Under the pieces are notes generated by a model. It searched no databases. It saw nothing but the letters and a program-made list of their open reading frames with translations, and was not told the DNA's origin. This document shows positions 50,237 through 62,931 of a stretch of 64,000 nucleotides of DNA, one piece after another (positions within the stretch are counted from its first letter, which is position 1; every line of letters starts with the position of its first letter). Source of the DNA: Phaeosaccion multiseriatum (Eukaryota > Protista > Ochrophyta, other classes). Where the stretch lies: assembly GCA_965112735.1 (NCBI GenBank), contig OZ218953.1, forward strand, positions 1,612,001 to 1,676,000. The letters run 5' to 3'. Made by a program: the position numbers and the translations under genes.

Positions 50237-50935
50237 TTATTTCTTCGCCTTGGTGGGTGTCTTCTTCTTCACGACCTTCTTCTTGGTCACGGTCTTCTTC
50301 TTGGCTGCGACGGGCTTCTTGGCTGGCTTCTTCTTGGTGGGAGTCTTGGCCTTGGGCTTCTTGGTGGGGGTCTTGGCCTTGGGCTTCTTGGTAGGGGTCT
50401 TCTTGACAGTGGCCTTCTTCTTGGCAGGGGCAGCCTTCTTTGCTGGCGCCTTCTTGGCAGGAGCTGCCTTCTTGGCGACTGCGGTCTTCCTCACGGGCTT
50501 CTTCTCGTCAGGGCTCAGCTTGTAGGAAGCCCTGCGGAAAGGAGTTGGGGCGGAAGAGGAAGGTCAGTCGTTAGAGAAGCAAGGCGTACAACAAGCATCG
50601 GGGGGAGGGGGGACACCACAACCAAGGGAGAAAGAGCACGAACTTGACCTTGATGGGGGGGGGGGGGGGCAAGAAACACTAGACGAGAAATAGCAAATGG
50701 CGCAACGGGGGGGGGGGGGGGCAAGCGCAATCGTCCCGGCGTATGTGGAAACTCACTTGATCTTGATGAGCTTTCCGAGCTCGACTCCCTTCTTGAGGGC
50801 GGCTTTGAGCTGGTGGGGCTGGAAGTTGACATCCGAGTGGTTGGTCTCGATGTACTTCTTAATGGCGGGGAGGGAGCTTCCGTTCCTCTCCTTGAGGGAT
50901 AGGAGGCTCTCCTTGATCATGGCGTAGTAAGTCAT
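50237..50935 (-). CDS. H1: Histone H1 (copy B), 2 exons
   Basis: Same globular domain and intron position as copy A; tail ends [13 protein letters not shown]. Confidence 0.95.
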
Positions 50936-52100
50936 TGCTGGGCTGTTGGTGGCTGTGTGCGGAGGACGTCGATGGAAGAGAAACGGAACGAGAACCGCCG
51001 CGGAGAGAAGGACAGCAGCGCGAAGGGCACAGACAGGAACAGGTGAGAGCTGCGGCACACAAAAGTCTCAGCTGAGGAGATCCCTTCAGCTGAGGAGGTC
51101 CCTCAGCCAGAGCGAGAGAGCAGCCCGATACACATCACAACTCCGCACTCGGGGCAGTCAAAATTGGCGTTGAACGAACGTGAGAGCGCCGTCGACGGCC
51201 GCGACCTGCAGCTCAAGTTGCCGCAGGTTGCAGCAGCAGAGGCCCTTCGTCCTCCCCCTTCCCTTCAGTTGCTCGCTCCGCTGTTTGCACTCTCCCTGCC
51301 TGCCCCCCTCCGCTCCGCTCCGCGCATATCTCTCCCCCCCCAAACCGCGCTCGACTCTTCACTTTCCAACCGCCGCTCGCCCTGCTGCTCCTCGATCAGC
51401 GTTTCGACTGCACTCGGCAACACGGCACTCGCCTTATCCTCCCCTCCGCCGTGTTGGTACCTGCCCCCCCCCCGCTTCCCCGCGCACGTACCTTGGCAAA
51501 GAGCAGGGTGGTTGTGAGGGGGGGCGATTTGGAAAAGCTCGGCAAAATCTGCGGAAAACGGCATTCAAAATCGGTGCAGCGAAATTGGAGAACCGAAATT
51601 GGGAGTGCCGAAATCGCCGGCGTGTGTGACCTGCTAGCGGCCGACCAACCATCAGCTGCCACCGCCGGTGTGAGCTGCTACCTGCTGCTATGTGCCACCA
51701 AGACTTGCTCGGTAGCACGTCAGGGGTCGACAGGAAATAGCCGAGAGGCCTCCGAAGGTTACGTGCACACACACATAGAGACAAACATACGCACAAGCTC
51801 TGCCCTCCCCGCAGTACCAACATTCTATAAAAGTTAAGGGGCCGGAGCAGTCTCCACGCCGTGCTCACTCGCCACTCCGACGCCCAAAGCAGTCACATGA
51901 GCAGAGGAAGGGGAGGGAGGGTAAGCGAGAAAGAAAAGGGCGAGGGAGGGAGGAAGAGGAAGGGATGAGGGAAGGAGGGATAGAAAGAAGAAGGGAGGGA
52001 CGTGGAGGGAGGGAGGAAGAGAATGAGTAAGGGATTGAAGAAGGAAGAGGAAGAGATGGTGGAGGGAAGGAAGGAGGGACATCGTCTCTTTCGGAAGGGT

Positions 52101-52116
52101 GGTGTTGAAAAACACC
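52101..52116 (-). terminator. Histone 3' stem-loop of H1-C
   Basis: GGTGTT-TTTC-AACACC followed by ACCC; GAAAGAGAC downstream (52092-52084). Confidence 0.85.
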
Positions 52117-52160
52117 AGTTTGGGGTGAATTCACTCGATGTGAATCGGAAGTGAGGGGCT

Positions 52161-52940
52161 CTATTTCTTGGCCTTGGTGGGTGTCTTCTTCTTCACGACC
52201 TTCTTCTTGGTCACGGTCTTCTTCTTGGCTGCGACGGGCTTCTTGGCTGGCTTCTTCTTGGTGGGAGTCTTGGCCTTGGGCTTCTTGGTGGGGGTCTTGG
52301 CCTTGGGCTTCTTGGTAGGGGTCTTCTTGACAGCGGCCTTCTTCTTGGCAGGGGCAGCCTTCTTTGCTGGCGCCTTCTTAGCAGGAGCTGCCTTCTTGGC
52401 AGGAGCTGCCTTCTTGGCGACAGCGGTCTTCCTCACGGGCTTCTTCTCGTCAGGGCTCAGCTTGTAGGAAGCCCTGCGGAACGGAGTTGTTGAGGGGTGG
52501 GGCGGAAGAGGCAAGTTGTCAAACGACAGGAAAGCATAGTGAGGAGAGACGAGAAAGAGCACAAACTCTATCTCCATGTAAAAGGGGGAGGAGATAAGTC
52601 GAGCCGTAAAGAGAGTCAAGCATTGTGAGAGAAAGAGCAAGAACGTACTCTCTGTGTGCAAAGAAGTGCAAGGGTGGGGAGGGGCAGGTAAATGGTACGC
52701 CAGAAGAAGGAAAGAGGATCACATTCAGAAAGACAATGAGCATGTGTAAAAGGTTACGCACTTGATCTTGATGAGCTTTCCGACCTCGACTCCCTTCTTG
52801 AGGGCAGCCTTGAGCTGGTGGGGCTGGAAGTTGACATCCGAGTGGTTGGTCTCGATGTACTTCTTAATGGCGGGCAGGGAGCTGCCGTTCCTGTCCTTGA
52901 GGGACAGGAGGCTCTCCTTGATCATGGCGTAGTAAGTCAT
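52161..52940 (-). CDS. H1: Histone H1 (copy C), 2 exons
   Basis: Same globular domain and intron position (donor GTGCGT); one extra KKAAPA unit. Confidence 0.95.
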
Positions 52941-53680
52941 GGTGGTTGTGGCTATGTGCGGAAAGCGTGCAGGCCGGCAGGGAACGGGTGGAGGGAGCAC
53001 AGAGGAGAGAAGGAATGACAGTAGTGCAAAGGGAACAGACAGGAAGAGAGGAAGAGGTCAGAAGAGTTGCAGTAGACACGGGCCCGCCACAGGGAGGGTC
53101 CTCAGACGAGACAGCATCATGAGAGGGGGAGATGGATTTCGAAGCTCTGCACTCCAGGCGCCGCGTCAAAACCTCGTTGAAAAAGGCCCCCACGAAGCGC
53201 GACGGGCGCCAACGCCAGCCCAGAGCCCCCCCTCCCATCCCCTGTCCCTCGCCTCTGCGTCTCTCGACCTCCTCCGCACGGGCATATCTCTCCCCCTCCC
53301 CTTCTTCTCTTTCCATCTGCCTCTCTCTGCCATCTCTCTCCCCCTCCCCTCTTCTCTTTCCAACCGCCACAAATCACATCAAATCAAATCACGCAAATCC
53401 TCGTCTAGCATTCGTCTACAGTCTGGATCGAGCAAATCCTCTCCTTCCCCTTTCCTCCTCTCCTCTCCTTCTCTCTTCTCTTACATTCGGCAAGGCGTAA
53501 GGCTGAAGCAGTGTGTGCACAAAAATTTTAGAAACGGCGATATCAAAAGATCCGACAAAAGCACTTCCGGGTCGGAATACGCGCGGCTCGCGGGGACGTC
53601 CCCAAAATGATTTTTTTGCGCTCTCCTCCCCGCTGCCGTCTTCGCTTACCTTTGCTTCGGTTAAGCAAGACTACAGCACC

Positions 53681-53765
53681 ATGTCTGGAAAGGGAAAGGG
53701 AGGCCGAGGAGATGGCAAGAAGTCTACGAGCTAGGCTGGGCCTTCTCCCCCAGGCGCCCGGATTA
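53681..53765 (+). pseudogene. H2A: Histone H2A 5' fragment (pseudogene)
   Basis: ATG start in good context encoding MSGKGKGGRGDGKKSTS, then TAG-GCT-GGG where K-A-G of the H2A 'KAGLQFPVGRI' motif is expected. The sequence decays afterwards. Confidence 0.65.
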
Positions 53766-54140
53766 TCTCTTGATCTTCTTTACAGTGGCGGGGATTTGCT
53801 GACTTAGTCGAAATATGCCACTGTACAGTGTTCTCTCGTCCTTTACAACCCCTGCTTTCTCTTCCTTCACGTAAGATGCGCGCTGCGCCAAGAGGAGGAG
53901 GGAGGAAGGACACATGGACATGCTTGTCTGTCTGTGGTTTCTCCTCTCTGTGCATTTATGCTTGCTTCTCCTCTAAACGTCCTTGTCCTTTTCAAACGAC
54001 CGCCCACTTGGATCGATCTTGCACACCCCCATGACTTGTCGTGCATCCCGACAAGCGTCTCACCTTCTCTCCTTGCCTCCTCTTGCCTCTCTCTCTCGTG
54101 TGTGTGTGTGTGTCGCTCTCGCTCTCCTCCTCACCACTAG

Positions 54141-54467
<327 letters not shown>

Positions 54468-54498
54468 ACTCGCCATTTTACCCAACCCAACCAACACT

Positions 54499-54514
54499 GG
54501 TGTTTCTCAACACC
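54499..54514 (+). terminator. Histone 3' stem-loop of H4
   Basis: GGTGTT-TCTC-AACACC about 30 nt after the stop, preceded by an AC-rich flank and followed by ACCC; GAGAC at 54528-54532. Confidence 0.88.
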
Positions 54515-54785
54515 ACCCTTGATCACTGAGACAAGTGCCTACACCACATGACCTGGCCCTCTCTCTCTACAGACATCATCTCTTACACACACACAAACAC
54601 ATACGCAGCTAGCATCATCCTTTGGGGTGGTCTGAGAGGAGGGCACACCGGACGCGCCCTTGTCGCAAAAACATCTCTGTACTCATTGTCACTCCCCTGA
54701 GTCCGATGTGTCTTCCGTCGCAAGTGTAGCTACTCCTCGTCACTCCCGTCTCCTCTCCATCTCACACACACACACACACACACAT

Positions 54786-55488
54786 TCAGCCCCGTCTTGG
54801 GGTGGGCGAGTCGGAGTCCGACGCCCCCTCGTCGCTACTGTACTCCTCGTCGTCCGCTCCGTAGCCGCCCTCCCCGCCTAGCCCGCCCGCCTCGTCCTCC
54901 TCCTCATCCTCCGAGAAATCCGACATGTCTTCGTCGTACTCAAAGCCCAGTCGGCCGAACGCCGCCTTCATCTTCTCGGTATCGTCGTCGTCGCCAGCCA
55001 GCCCTCCTATACCACCAACCCCCCCAGCGGCAGCAGAAGCAGCGATGTTCTCTCCCCCATCAAGGGAAAGGTTGGGCCACATGGCACCCCACTTGCTCTT
55101 CCGGGCGGCAATATAGTAGCCCGGCACCTTCTTGTGCTTGCCCTTGGTGACTACAACCCTCCGAAGCCCCCCCTCCGGCGTGCAAACGTCGAGGGCCACG
55201 TGCTTGCGGTGCTTGCGTGGAGAGCGGATAATGCGTGCCCAGTCTTGCCGATAAAAGGCACTCGCGTCTACCCCGACTCGCTCCAGTCCCATCATCGCGT
55301 CTTGAAACTGGGCGTCGGCCTCCTCTTGCTCCTCCTCGCTTTGGCAGTGCAGTTTGCGTTCCAAAAACACCTTCAAGAGGTCTACAGAGGAGTAAGGGGT
55401 AGGGGGGGATAACATGGTCGTCTGGTCGGCGCCGCCGTCGTCTGCGAACCCGAATTGCCCACCATCTGCTCCAAATCCCCCTCCTCCT

Positions 55489-55522
<34 letters not shown>

Positions 55523-57512
55523 TCTCGTGCTGGAACTGCTGCTGCTGCAGGGAAAAGTCAATGTGCGAGGAGTGCTCCACGTCGCAGGGCTCCTGCCCCA
55601 GCATGGCCTGCCGTGTGCGCTTCTTCATCACCACGTAGGAAAACACATCCACCATCGGCCTCGACTTGTCCAGCCCGTCCCTACGGAAGTGCACGTTCGG
55701 CACCATTTGGAAGAAGTTACACACCCCGCCCGGCCCCTGCTTCTTCCCCTTCTTGCCTTGGTACATCTTCTGGTCCTGCTCCCGCTCGGGATCGAGGGGG
55801 CAAGGTCCGTCGTGAGGGCACGGCCCAATCACGGCCGCCTGCCCAGGGCTGCCTTCCTCCAGGAGCAGCTTGCGGGCCGAGCGAATCACGTGGGACCCCA
55901 TGGACCCGCCGATATCCGTCATGATGAGCAGGCCCCCGGGGGCCACACACGCCCACATGAGTTCCACTGCCGCCGCCCGGGCCTCATGCGTGGGCAGTTC
56001 GGAAAGGGTGTGGCTGCAGAGCACGAGGTCAAACAGGCTCCTTTCGCTGCCATCCCGCTGGCACGCGGCCTCCTCGGCAACCAAGCTGCGGCCAAGGTGG
56101 ACTCGAGTGCCCTCCTCCACCAAGTCTTTGGTGGTCACTTTGCAGCAGTCCAGCATGGACTGGGAGCAGTCCACCAGGTGCGCGCGCGAAAAGGGAAGGC
56201 GCTCAATGTCCAGGAAACCCGCCGTGGCTCCTCCGCCCTCCTTGCTTCCTGCTTCTGCTCCCTCTCTTTCATCATCATCACTTTCCTCCACTTCCTCTTC
56301 CTCTTCCTCTTCCTCTCGCTCCTCTCGAGGTCCCCAAACGCTCCTCGCGGCCAGAGTGGCAGTCCCCGGACCGCAGCCAAAGTCCAGCACAGAGCGCGGC
56401 TGAAAGCGTGGAAGTCTCGCCCGTGCGTCTCTCATGACTCGCTGCGCCACCAAGAATCTTGCCAGCATGCGGTGCGATACCATACCCAGCGTCTCGTCTG
56501 GGCCGTACGTCATCGTGCGATGTCTGGGGTCGGGGGGGGGGGGGGGGAGGGTGGAAAAGAGGATGCAGCAAATCGACTTAATGAAAAGAGAAGGCAGGCG
56601 CGCAAATGAATTAAATTGGGCGCAAAGACGGGGGGGAGGGAAGCAAGGAAATCAAAGCAATGCATCAGGGAAGGAAGGCCTTTTCAAACCGATTCGGTAG
56701 GGTTCGCACCTGCGTTGCGTCTGTCCCGTTCGCAGGGGCCCCCTGCTGGTTGGCGTGGGCAGGTCATACCCCAATGGCATTTGACTGTATTCCACCCCGT
56801 TCCGAGCCCTGTTTTCAGCCTTAACCAGCCGCTTGTAGCTACCCGTGAGCTGCTTGTGGGTGCGATCCTTGAGCAGCTCCCCCCGTCGGCGCAGCACCGA
56901 GCGAGGAATATCCCTCTCCTTCAAGAACGGCCGCAAGCCCGAGCGAGAGGCCAGGAAGATGCGACCAAGGTGGGGCACAGATTCGCTCGCGCCTTCCCCA
57001 GGAGCCCTACGTCCTCCTCCTGGGGCTTCGTCGTCACTAAACCCGTCGGCATTGTCGTGGTCGTAGAACATGGCCTCCTCGCCGCCGTAGTCTTGTGTGA
57101 GCAGATCTTCCATGTCCCGAGGCAGATCAGAGCCGTCCAGACTGACAGGATCCCAGTCCGTCATTTTTGTATCCTTGCTGCTGAGATGGAAGGCCGGGTC
57201 AAGCTTCTCTGGGGAGCCACTCACACCCTCGACGATATTGCTGATACCCTTGGTAGCGAAGCCTCTCCTCTGCTGCCGCCTCCTCTGCTCCTGTGCTACT
57301 GTTGCTTCTGCTTCTGGTGATGATCGTCGTGCAGGTGGTGGCGGCCTCCATCTCATAGCCGAGGAAGACGACGCCAGCTCCCTCTTCGCAGTGTCGATGA
57401 TGGCGGCAGGCCTCCCGCACCCACACCTTTGCTCGCTGGCGCAAACCAGCCAGCAGCCACGAGCCCTTCGGCACAGCCGCTTTGTCGAGCTCCTCGCTAC
57501 ATGCTGCATCAT
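54786..57512 (-). CDS. RSM22: Mitochondrial small ribosomal subunit assembly factor RSM22/METTL17, 2 exons
   Basis: Mitochondrial-type presequence MMQHVARSSTKRLCRR, intron 56769-56524, SAM motif VLDFGCGPGT, GPCPHDGPCPL...CNFFQ, WARIIRSPRKHRKHVALDVC, ARKSKWG. Confidence 0.93.
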
Positions 57513-57912
57513 CAGTTGCGGCCTCAGCAGCAGCAGCAGCAGTAGTAGCAGCAGCAGCCGCACCAGAGTGAGCGCCGTCTGGTGCCATTTCAATTTCAGT
57601 GTCCTAGACCTAGACCATAACGCGGTTTCAAACCGATCAGCGCCAGTAGGGGGTGAAGAGGTCTTCCTTAGCCAATCCCACCCCATCCCCGCGGGGTATT
57701 AGATTCCTCTCCACGCGTCAGTGCATCTCTGAGAGATTCCTGCTCTCTCGTTTTCTGGGTCGAGCGTCCCGCTGTTGCCCACCTGAAACCCCTGTGCTCC
57801 TTGCTGCCTGCTTGAGTCGGGATTTGGGGGGGGGGAGAGGGAAGGGAGGGTGCTCGGAGGACTACAGCCGCCGTAGTAGGGACCACAGCACCAAGCCCAG
57901 GCTACGGCCCTC

Positions 57913-58680
57913 ATGGCTCAGATGATGCAGCCCCGAATGACTGCGAGCTCGGTGGAGCAGCAAACGATCAATCGCAGACTGGACGAGGCGAGGGTGGAGG
58001 AGCTTAGGAAGTTCAATCAAGACAACTCCATGCTGGCGCATGCAGCCAGCAACGACCGCAGGTGCGAACCACCAGGCGGCAGGGGAACTGCCCAAGGGGC
58101 GGCTCTTCCCAAAGTGCTGACTCCGCCTCGTCATTGCTGTGACCCTGCCTGAAAGCATGTGCCCTGCGATGGGCCTGCAAGCATTACTGGGGCAGGGGGG
58201 AGGCAGGGAAGCTGGGGGTGGACTTTGACGCCATTGCCGCTGTACGGACAGAGTACATGTGCTCTTGTCGGAGTAGCGCACCGTTCTTTGTCCGTATCTC
58301 TCATCTGGCTCTAGACATCCTCTCTTCGGCCACTCACCTCCCTACGCCGCTTGGTCTTTTTATCCTGTCCTTCGCCTCTGCTTCAACGTGTGGTGATGAG
58401 GACCTTCCAACCGCTAACGAACGTTGCCCACCCTTCTTCCCCTTGCCCTTCTTCTATACAGGCATGCGTTCCAGCGTCGGGCCAACGACCAGGCATACAT
58501 GCAGCAGGAGATTGCCACTCGCGACCGCATTGCTTACACGGAGGCCCTGGAGCGCAAGAAAGCCCTCGCCGGGGCTCAAAACGAGCAGCTTGCAGCGGAG
58601 CTCTCCAAGCGGCGAGCATCGACCATCCGACAGGTGCGCCTGAGTCATCCTCTCATGCTTGCTGTCTCTCTCTCTGTCTC

Positions 58681-58715
<35 letters not shown>

Positions 58716-60259
58716 ATTTGGCTTACATTAGATCCAGCATCTCTCTCCCCTTCCTTCCACACCCTATCCCGGGAAGAGGGGAAAAGCAAGCACCTACCCC
58801 AGTCGTCACAAGTGCCAAAGCTTCCATCGCAATAATCCTTTTTCTCCCCAATCATTCCCCCATCACACTAAACTGACACGCGCAGGAGATTGAGGTGCAG
58901 CGCATGTGTGCCGAGAGCGAGGAGCTCAAGTCGCTGGAGCAGAGTCTGAAGCTTGCCTACCTCAACAAGGAGAGGGCAGCGCAGTTCCAGGAGCAGCGCC
59001 TCATCCGACAGATGGAGGAAGACATGGATCAGGTAGGTAGGACAGGGAGGGGGGCGGAGGAGTATACGGTGAAGCATCGGTGAAGCACTTTCTGTGTTCA
59101 GTTTATTATATTTTTAGGCTTGACCAGCATCGGAGGTTAGGGGGAGGGGGTTCTGGAATGTATTTGTTGTTCTCCCCGTCGCACACTGACACACAGACAC
59201 CAAATACCACACTCGCGCCCATCCTTCCCCCCCTTTTTTCTTTCCACCCCCAAAAAGGCAATCTCCGACAAGATGGAAGCGGAGAGGCAGGCCTCCCTTC
59301 GCAAGGAGTCAGAGAAGGCGGGGGTGCTGCGGGAGAGGATGGAGAGTCAGCGAGCCGCTCTCGACGAGCAGATGCGCGAGAGGGAGGAGATTGCGAGGGA
59401 GGCCGCCCAGGAGGCTGACAGAGACAGAGATATGGTAGCAAACATTGTAGACAAGATTGAAAGGGAGGAGCGGGAGGAGATGCAAACGTATGCAGCCAAG
59501 AGGGAGGAGACGAGACGGATGGTGCAGCTGGGTGAGCAGCAGCGGGCGGCGGAGATGGAGAACCGGAGGAGGCAGGAGGAGGCCGAGGAGAAGGAGATTG
59601 CCTCGCACATGGCAGCGATGGAGAGGAGGGCGCAAAAGGCAGAGGATGAGGCGAAGCGGAAGAAGGCCATTGCGGATGCCAAGTTCCGCGCCGTGTGCAA
59701 ACAAACGGAGCTGCAGAGGGACCAAGAGGAGGAGCTGCGGCAGCTGAGGGACATGCTTTGGGATGAGGAGATGCAGGCCAAGAGGAAGGAGGAGGACCGC
59801 AAGCGACACCAGGCCATCGAGGAGGGCAAGCGCAGCATGATGGTGGCCAACGAGGCGCAGCTCAAGCAGCGGGCAGAGGCAAAGGCCCTCGCCGCGCACG
59901 AAGAGGAGGAGCAGATACAAGTCATGATGGCCAAGTTCAAGATCGACGAGGAGAAGGAGCGCGAGGCGGCGCTGCTGCGCGCTCAGCAAAAGGAGGAGTA
60001 CAAGAAGGGCATTCTAGAGCAGAAGGAGGTGCGCGTGGCCATGTACGAGGAGGAAAGGGCGGAGGAGGAGGCCGAAGCTGCGCTGCTGCGCGAGAGGGAG
60101 GCGTACAGACAGAGGGTCGTGGACGAGGCTCGCAGGAGGCTGTTGGAGCAGCACGCGGCCGTGCTGGAGGGCTACCTGCCCAAGGGGGCTCTCCAGTCCA
60201 AGGAGGAGTTGGAGTTTGTGCGGCAGTTGGCGAGGCAACATCGCGGGGAGGAGATGTAA
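57913..60259 (+). CDS. MNS1: Meiosis-specific nuclear structural protein 1 (axonemal microtubule inner protein, TPH coiled coil), 4 exons
   Basis: ESEELKSLEQSLKLAYLNKERAAQ and C-terminal RRRLLEQHAAVLEGYLPKG match the conserved MNS1 blocks. Long E/R coiled coil. Confidence 0.88.
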
Positions 60260-60775
60260 GGAGGAGGAGGAGGAGGAGGAGGAGGAGGAGGAGGAGGAGG
60301 ACGAGGAGGACGAGTGGTCCAGGGGATGGTGTGACGTGTCGGAATGATGTTAGCTATGACGCTGTGGCGCGCGCGCTCGCTCTTGCTGTTTGTCCTCCTG
60401 CGCGGGTCAGTCACTGGGGCAGGGCTATAATAAGCAAAACATAGTGTTGCTGAGAAGAGGGAGAAAGACAGGGACAGGCATATGGGCAGGGGTAGGGCAA
60501 TGACAATACAATGACCCCTTCACATTCTGAACCACTCTCATCACCTCGTCGGCATTAAGATATTCGATATTCCGTTATTCATTGACTTCAGGAAAATTGA
60601 ACGTGGCTTGGGCCCCCCTTGTTGAAAAATTGCCCCATGCGGTAGTAGCAAGCTCCCTCTCTTGTGAAAGAGTGGTACAGGCCTGATGCAAGCGGAGTAG
60701 CTTTACAATAGGCACCCCAACCCCCATCGTATCTTTTCATTTGCTCTCCCTTCTGGCTCTCTCTCCTCTCTTTAT

Positions 60776-60777
<2 letters not shown>

Positions 60778-60823
<46 letters not shown>

Positions 60824-60910
60824 TCTCTCTCTCTCTCTCTTCTCTCTCTCACTCTCTCACTCTCTCTATCTCTCTCTCTCTCACTCTCTCTCTCTCTCTC
60901 TCTCTCCTCT
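60778..60910. repeat. (CT)n microsatellite
   Basis: Visible run upstream of the metalloprotease gene. Confidence 0.9.
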
Positions 60911-61003
60911 CTGCCGGACCATCTAGTTTTGAGTGCGAAGATGCGAAAGCGTCCGAGGGGACCAGTGGCGACCAGCGCACTTGTGTCCAACCGCTCTTCG
61001 GGG

Positions 61004-61719
61004 ATGGCCCAAGTGCTGCCGCTACTGCTGGTCCTTCAGATGCTATTCACGATGCATGGTCCCACTGCAGTAGCAGCTGAGGTGGTGGGCCGTGGAGCTA
61101 AAGTTAATGCTAGTTTGGGACTGGACCACCGAGAAGGCGAGGCCACCTCTGTGCAAAGCGTTGAGGTTGCCCACCTGCGTGACGGAGGGAGGGCACTAGA
61201 ACCACTGGTTTCGAGGAGGCTCGCGCACAATTGCGACTACACAGCAGTTTTTAATGTCAGCTTCGCCCCCAGCCCCGCCCCGACCGCGCAACTGGCCGAT
61301 GCCAAGGCAGCTACGGAGGAGGCGCTTTGCATTTGGGCAGACGTGATTGAGCCGTCACCCACGTTTGGCAAGATCTCTCTGTTAATTAATCCAGTAGCTA
61401 CCTTCGAGGCCGGCCAAGAAGACACGATCGCGCAGTCCGAGGCGGAGTATCTTCAAATCCGCAGAAACGATAGCGACGGAAACGTGGCCTACACATCCTA
61501 TGCAGCTGCTCAGCTTCGGTGAGTGCGTGCGTGCGTGTGGTGGCCTTTGAGTGTGTGTAGGGGGGAGAGAAAGTGCAGGAATACAGCCTTTCAGGTTCTC
61601 GTCCCCCACCCCCTCCCGTCCGCTCCGCTGATGCGTGCGTTGGGCGAAGGGTCTCTTCCTCATTCTGTGGTCTCTGCCTAACCTGCGCACCGCCCCTTGT
61701 CTTCCACACCGCTCAACTG

Positions 61720-61763
<44 letters not shown>

Positions 61764-62931
61764 CTCTCCCCCTCCCCTCCCACCCCCCCCATCACAAAGG
61801 TATGGCATCTTCGGACAAGAAATCGCAAGGAGCCTGCCTTCCTGGGGAGTTGACTACGATGGAGAGATATCATTCAACAGGGACTTTGAGTTCAGCTATG
61901 CACTAGACGCATCTGAAATCGACAGCTCGCATGTGGATTTTGTCAGCACCGCCGCCCATGAAATTGGGCATGCCCTCGGCTTCACCTCCACCCTGCAAGC
62001 CTTCAGAACAGGCCCAGACTCCCAACTGGCCGGGCCGTTCTGGGTGCAAGACCGAGATGTGGGTCTCGTGGGAAGCAGCCTGATGGAGCTAATGACGGAG
62101 GGCCTTGGGGGACTCGCCTGCAACCCTGAGAACTTCCCCACTTCTCGGATGGAGCCCTTGTCCTCTCACCCAATCTTCACTTCGGGAGCCCTCTGCATCG
62201 AGGATGGCGAGGGTAAGTGTGTGGTGATAGGTGGTAACGTTGATGCTGCATGCGGTGTTGGCTACGTGGATGCGTGCGCGTGCGTTTGTAATCTCGAACG
62301 GTCCTTACGCTTCCAGATCGAAAAAAAAAGAAAAAAAAAAACGGTTTAGTAATCCCACTCCACCTCCCTGTCGCTCGGTGGCTGGCCGCCACCCCGGCTC
62401 TTCGCCTTCTCCAACTTTGCTTTGCCATCCTGCCCCTCCCAGGCTCCTGCACCCCGATGCACACTCCCGATCCTTACGAAGCAGGGTCGTCTGTGAGCCA
62501 CTGGAGCGAGGAGTACTTCCGTCCCGGTGATATCGAGAGCCTTCTCACGCCTCTGATGGCGAAAGCTGAAGTTGTCCGGTGTGTCGGCCCCATCACGAAG
62601 AGAGGTGAGGACAAAGGCATGATGGGCACTCACGCATGCACACATGCACGCACGCACTCACACACGCACTCACTTCTCCACTTACTCCTCCCCTCCAGTC
62701 TTTCGTCAGCTCGGCTACTCAATCTCCACCGACTGCGAGAGTACCTGCTCCAACTTGATGACGGGAGAGCACTCGATTGGTGAGGACTGCGCCGATACCG
62801 TGGCCAACCCTGTGCGCCAGGTGGACTCCAACGGGGGCAGCAAGACGAGTAGAACAAGTAGTGCAAGTGTGACCTTGGCCGCGACAGCCCTGGCCGTACT
62901 CCTGTCTGCGCTCTACACTCTTGCAGCTTAG
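61004..62931 (+). CDS. Secreted/GPI-anchored zinc metalloprotease (HExxH, leishmanolysin-like ligand arrangement), 4 exons
   Basis: Signal peptide, pro-region ending SRRL, AAHEIGHALGF, distal GSSVSHW...LLTP, hydrophobic C-terminal tail. Confidence 0.82.
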
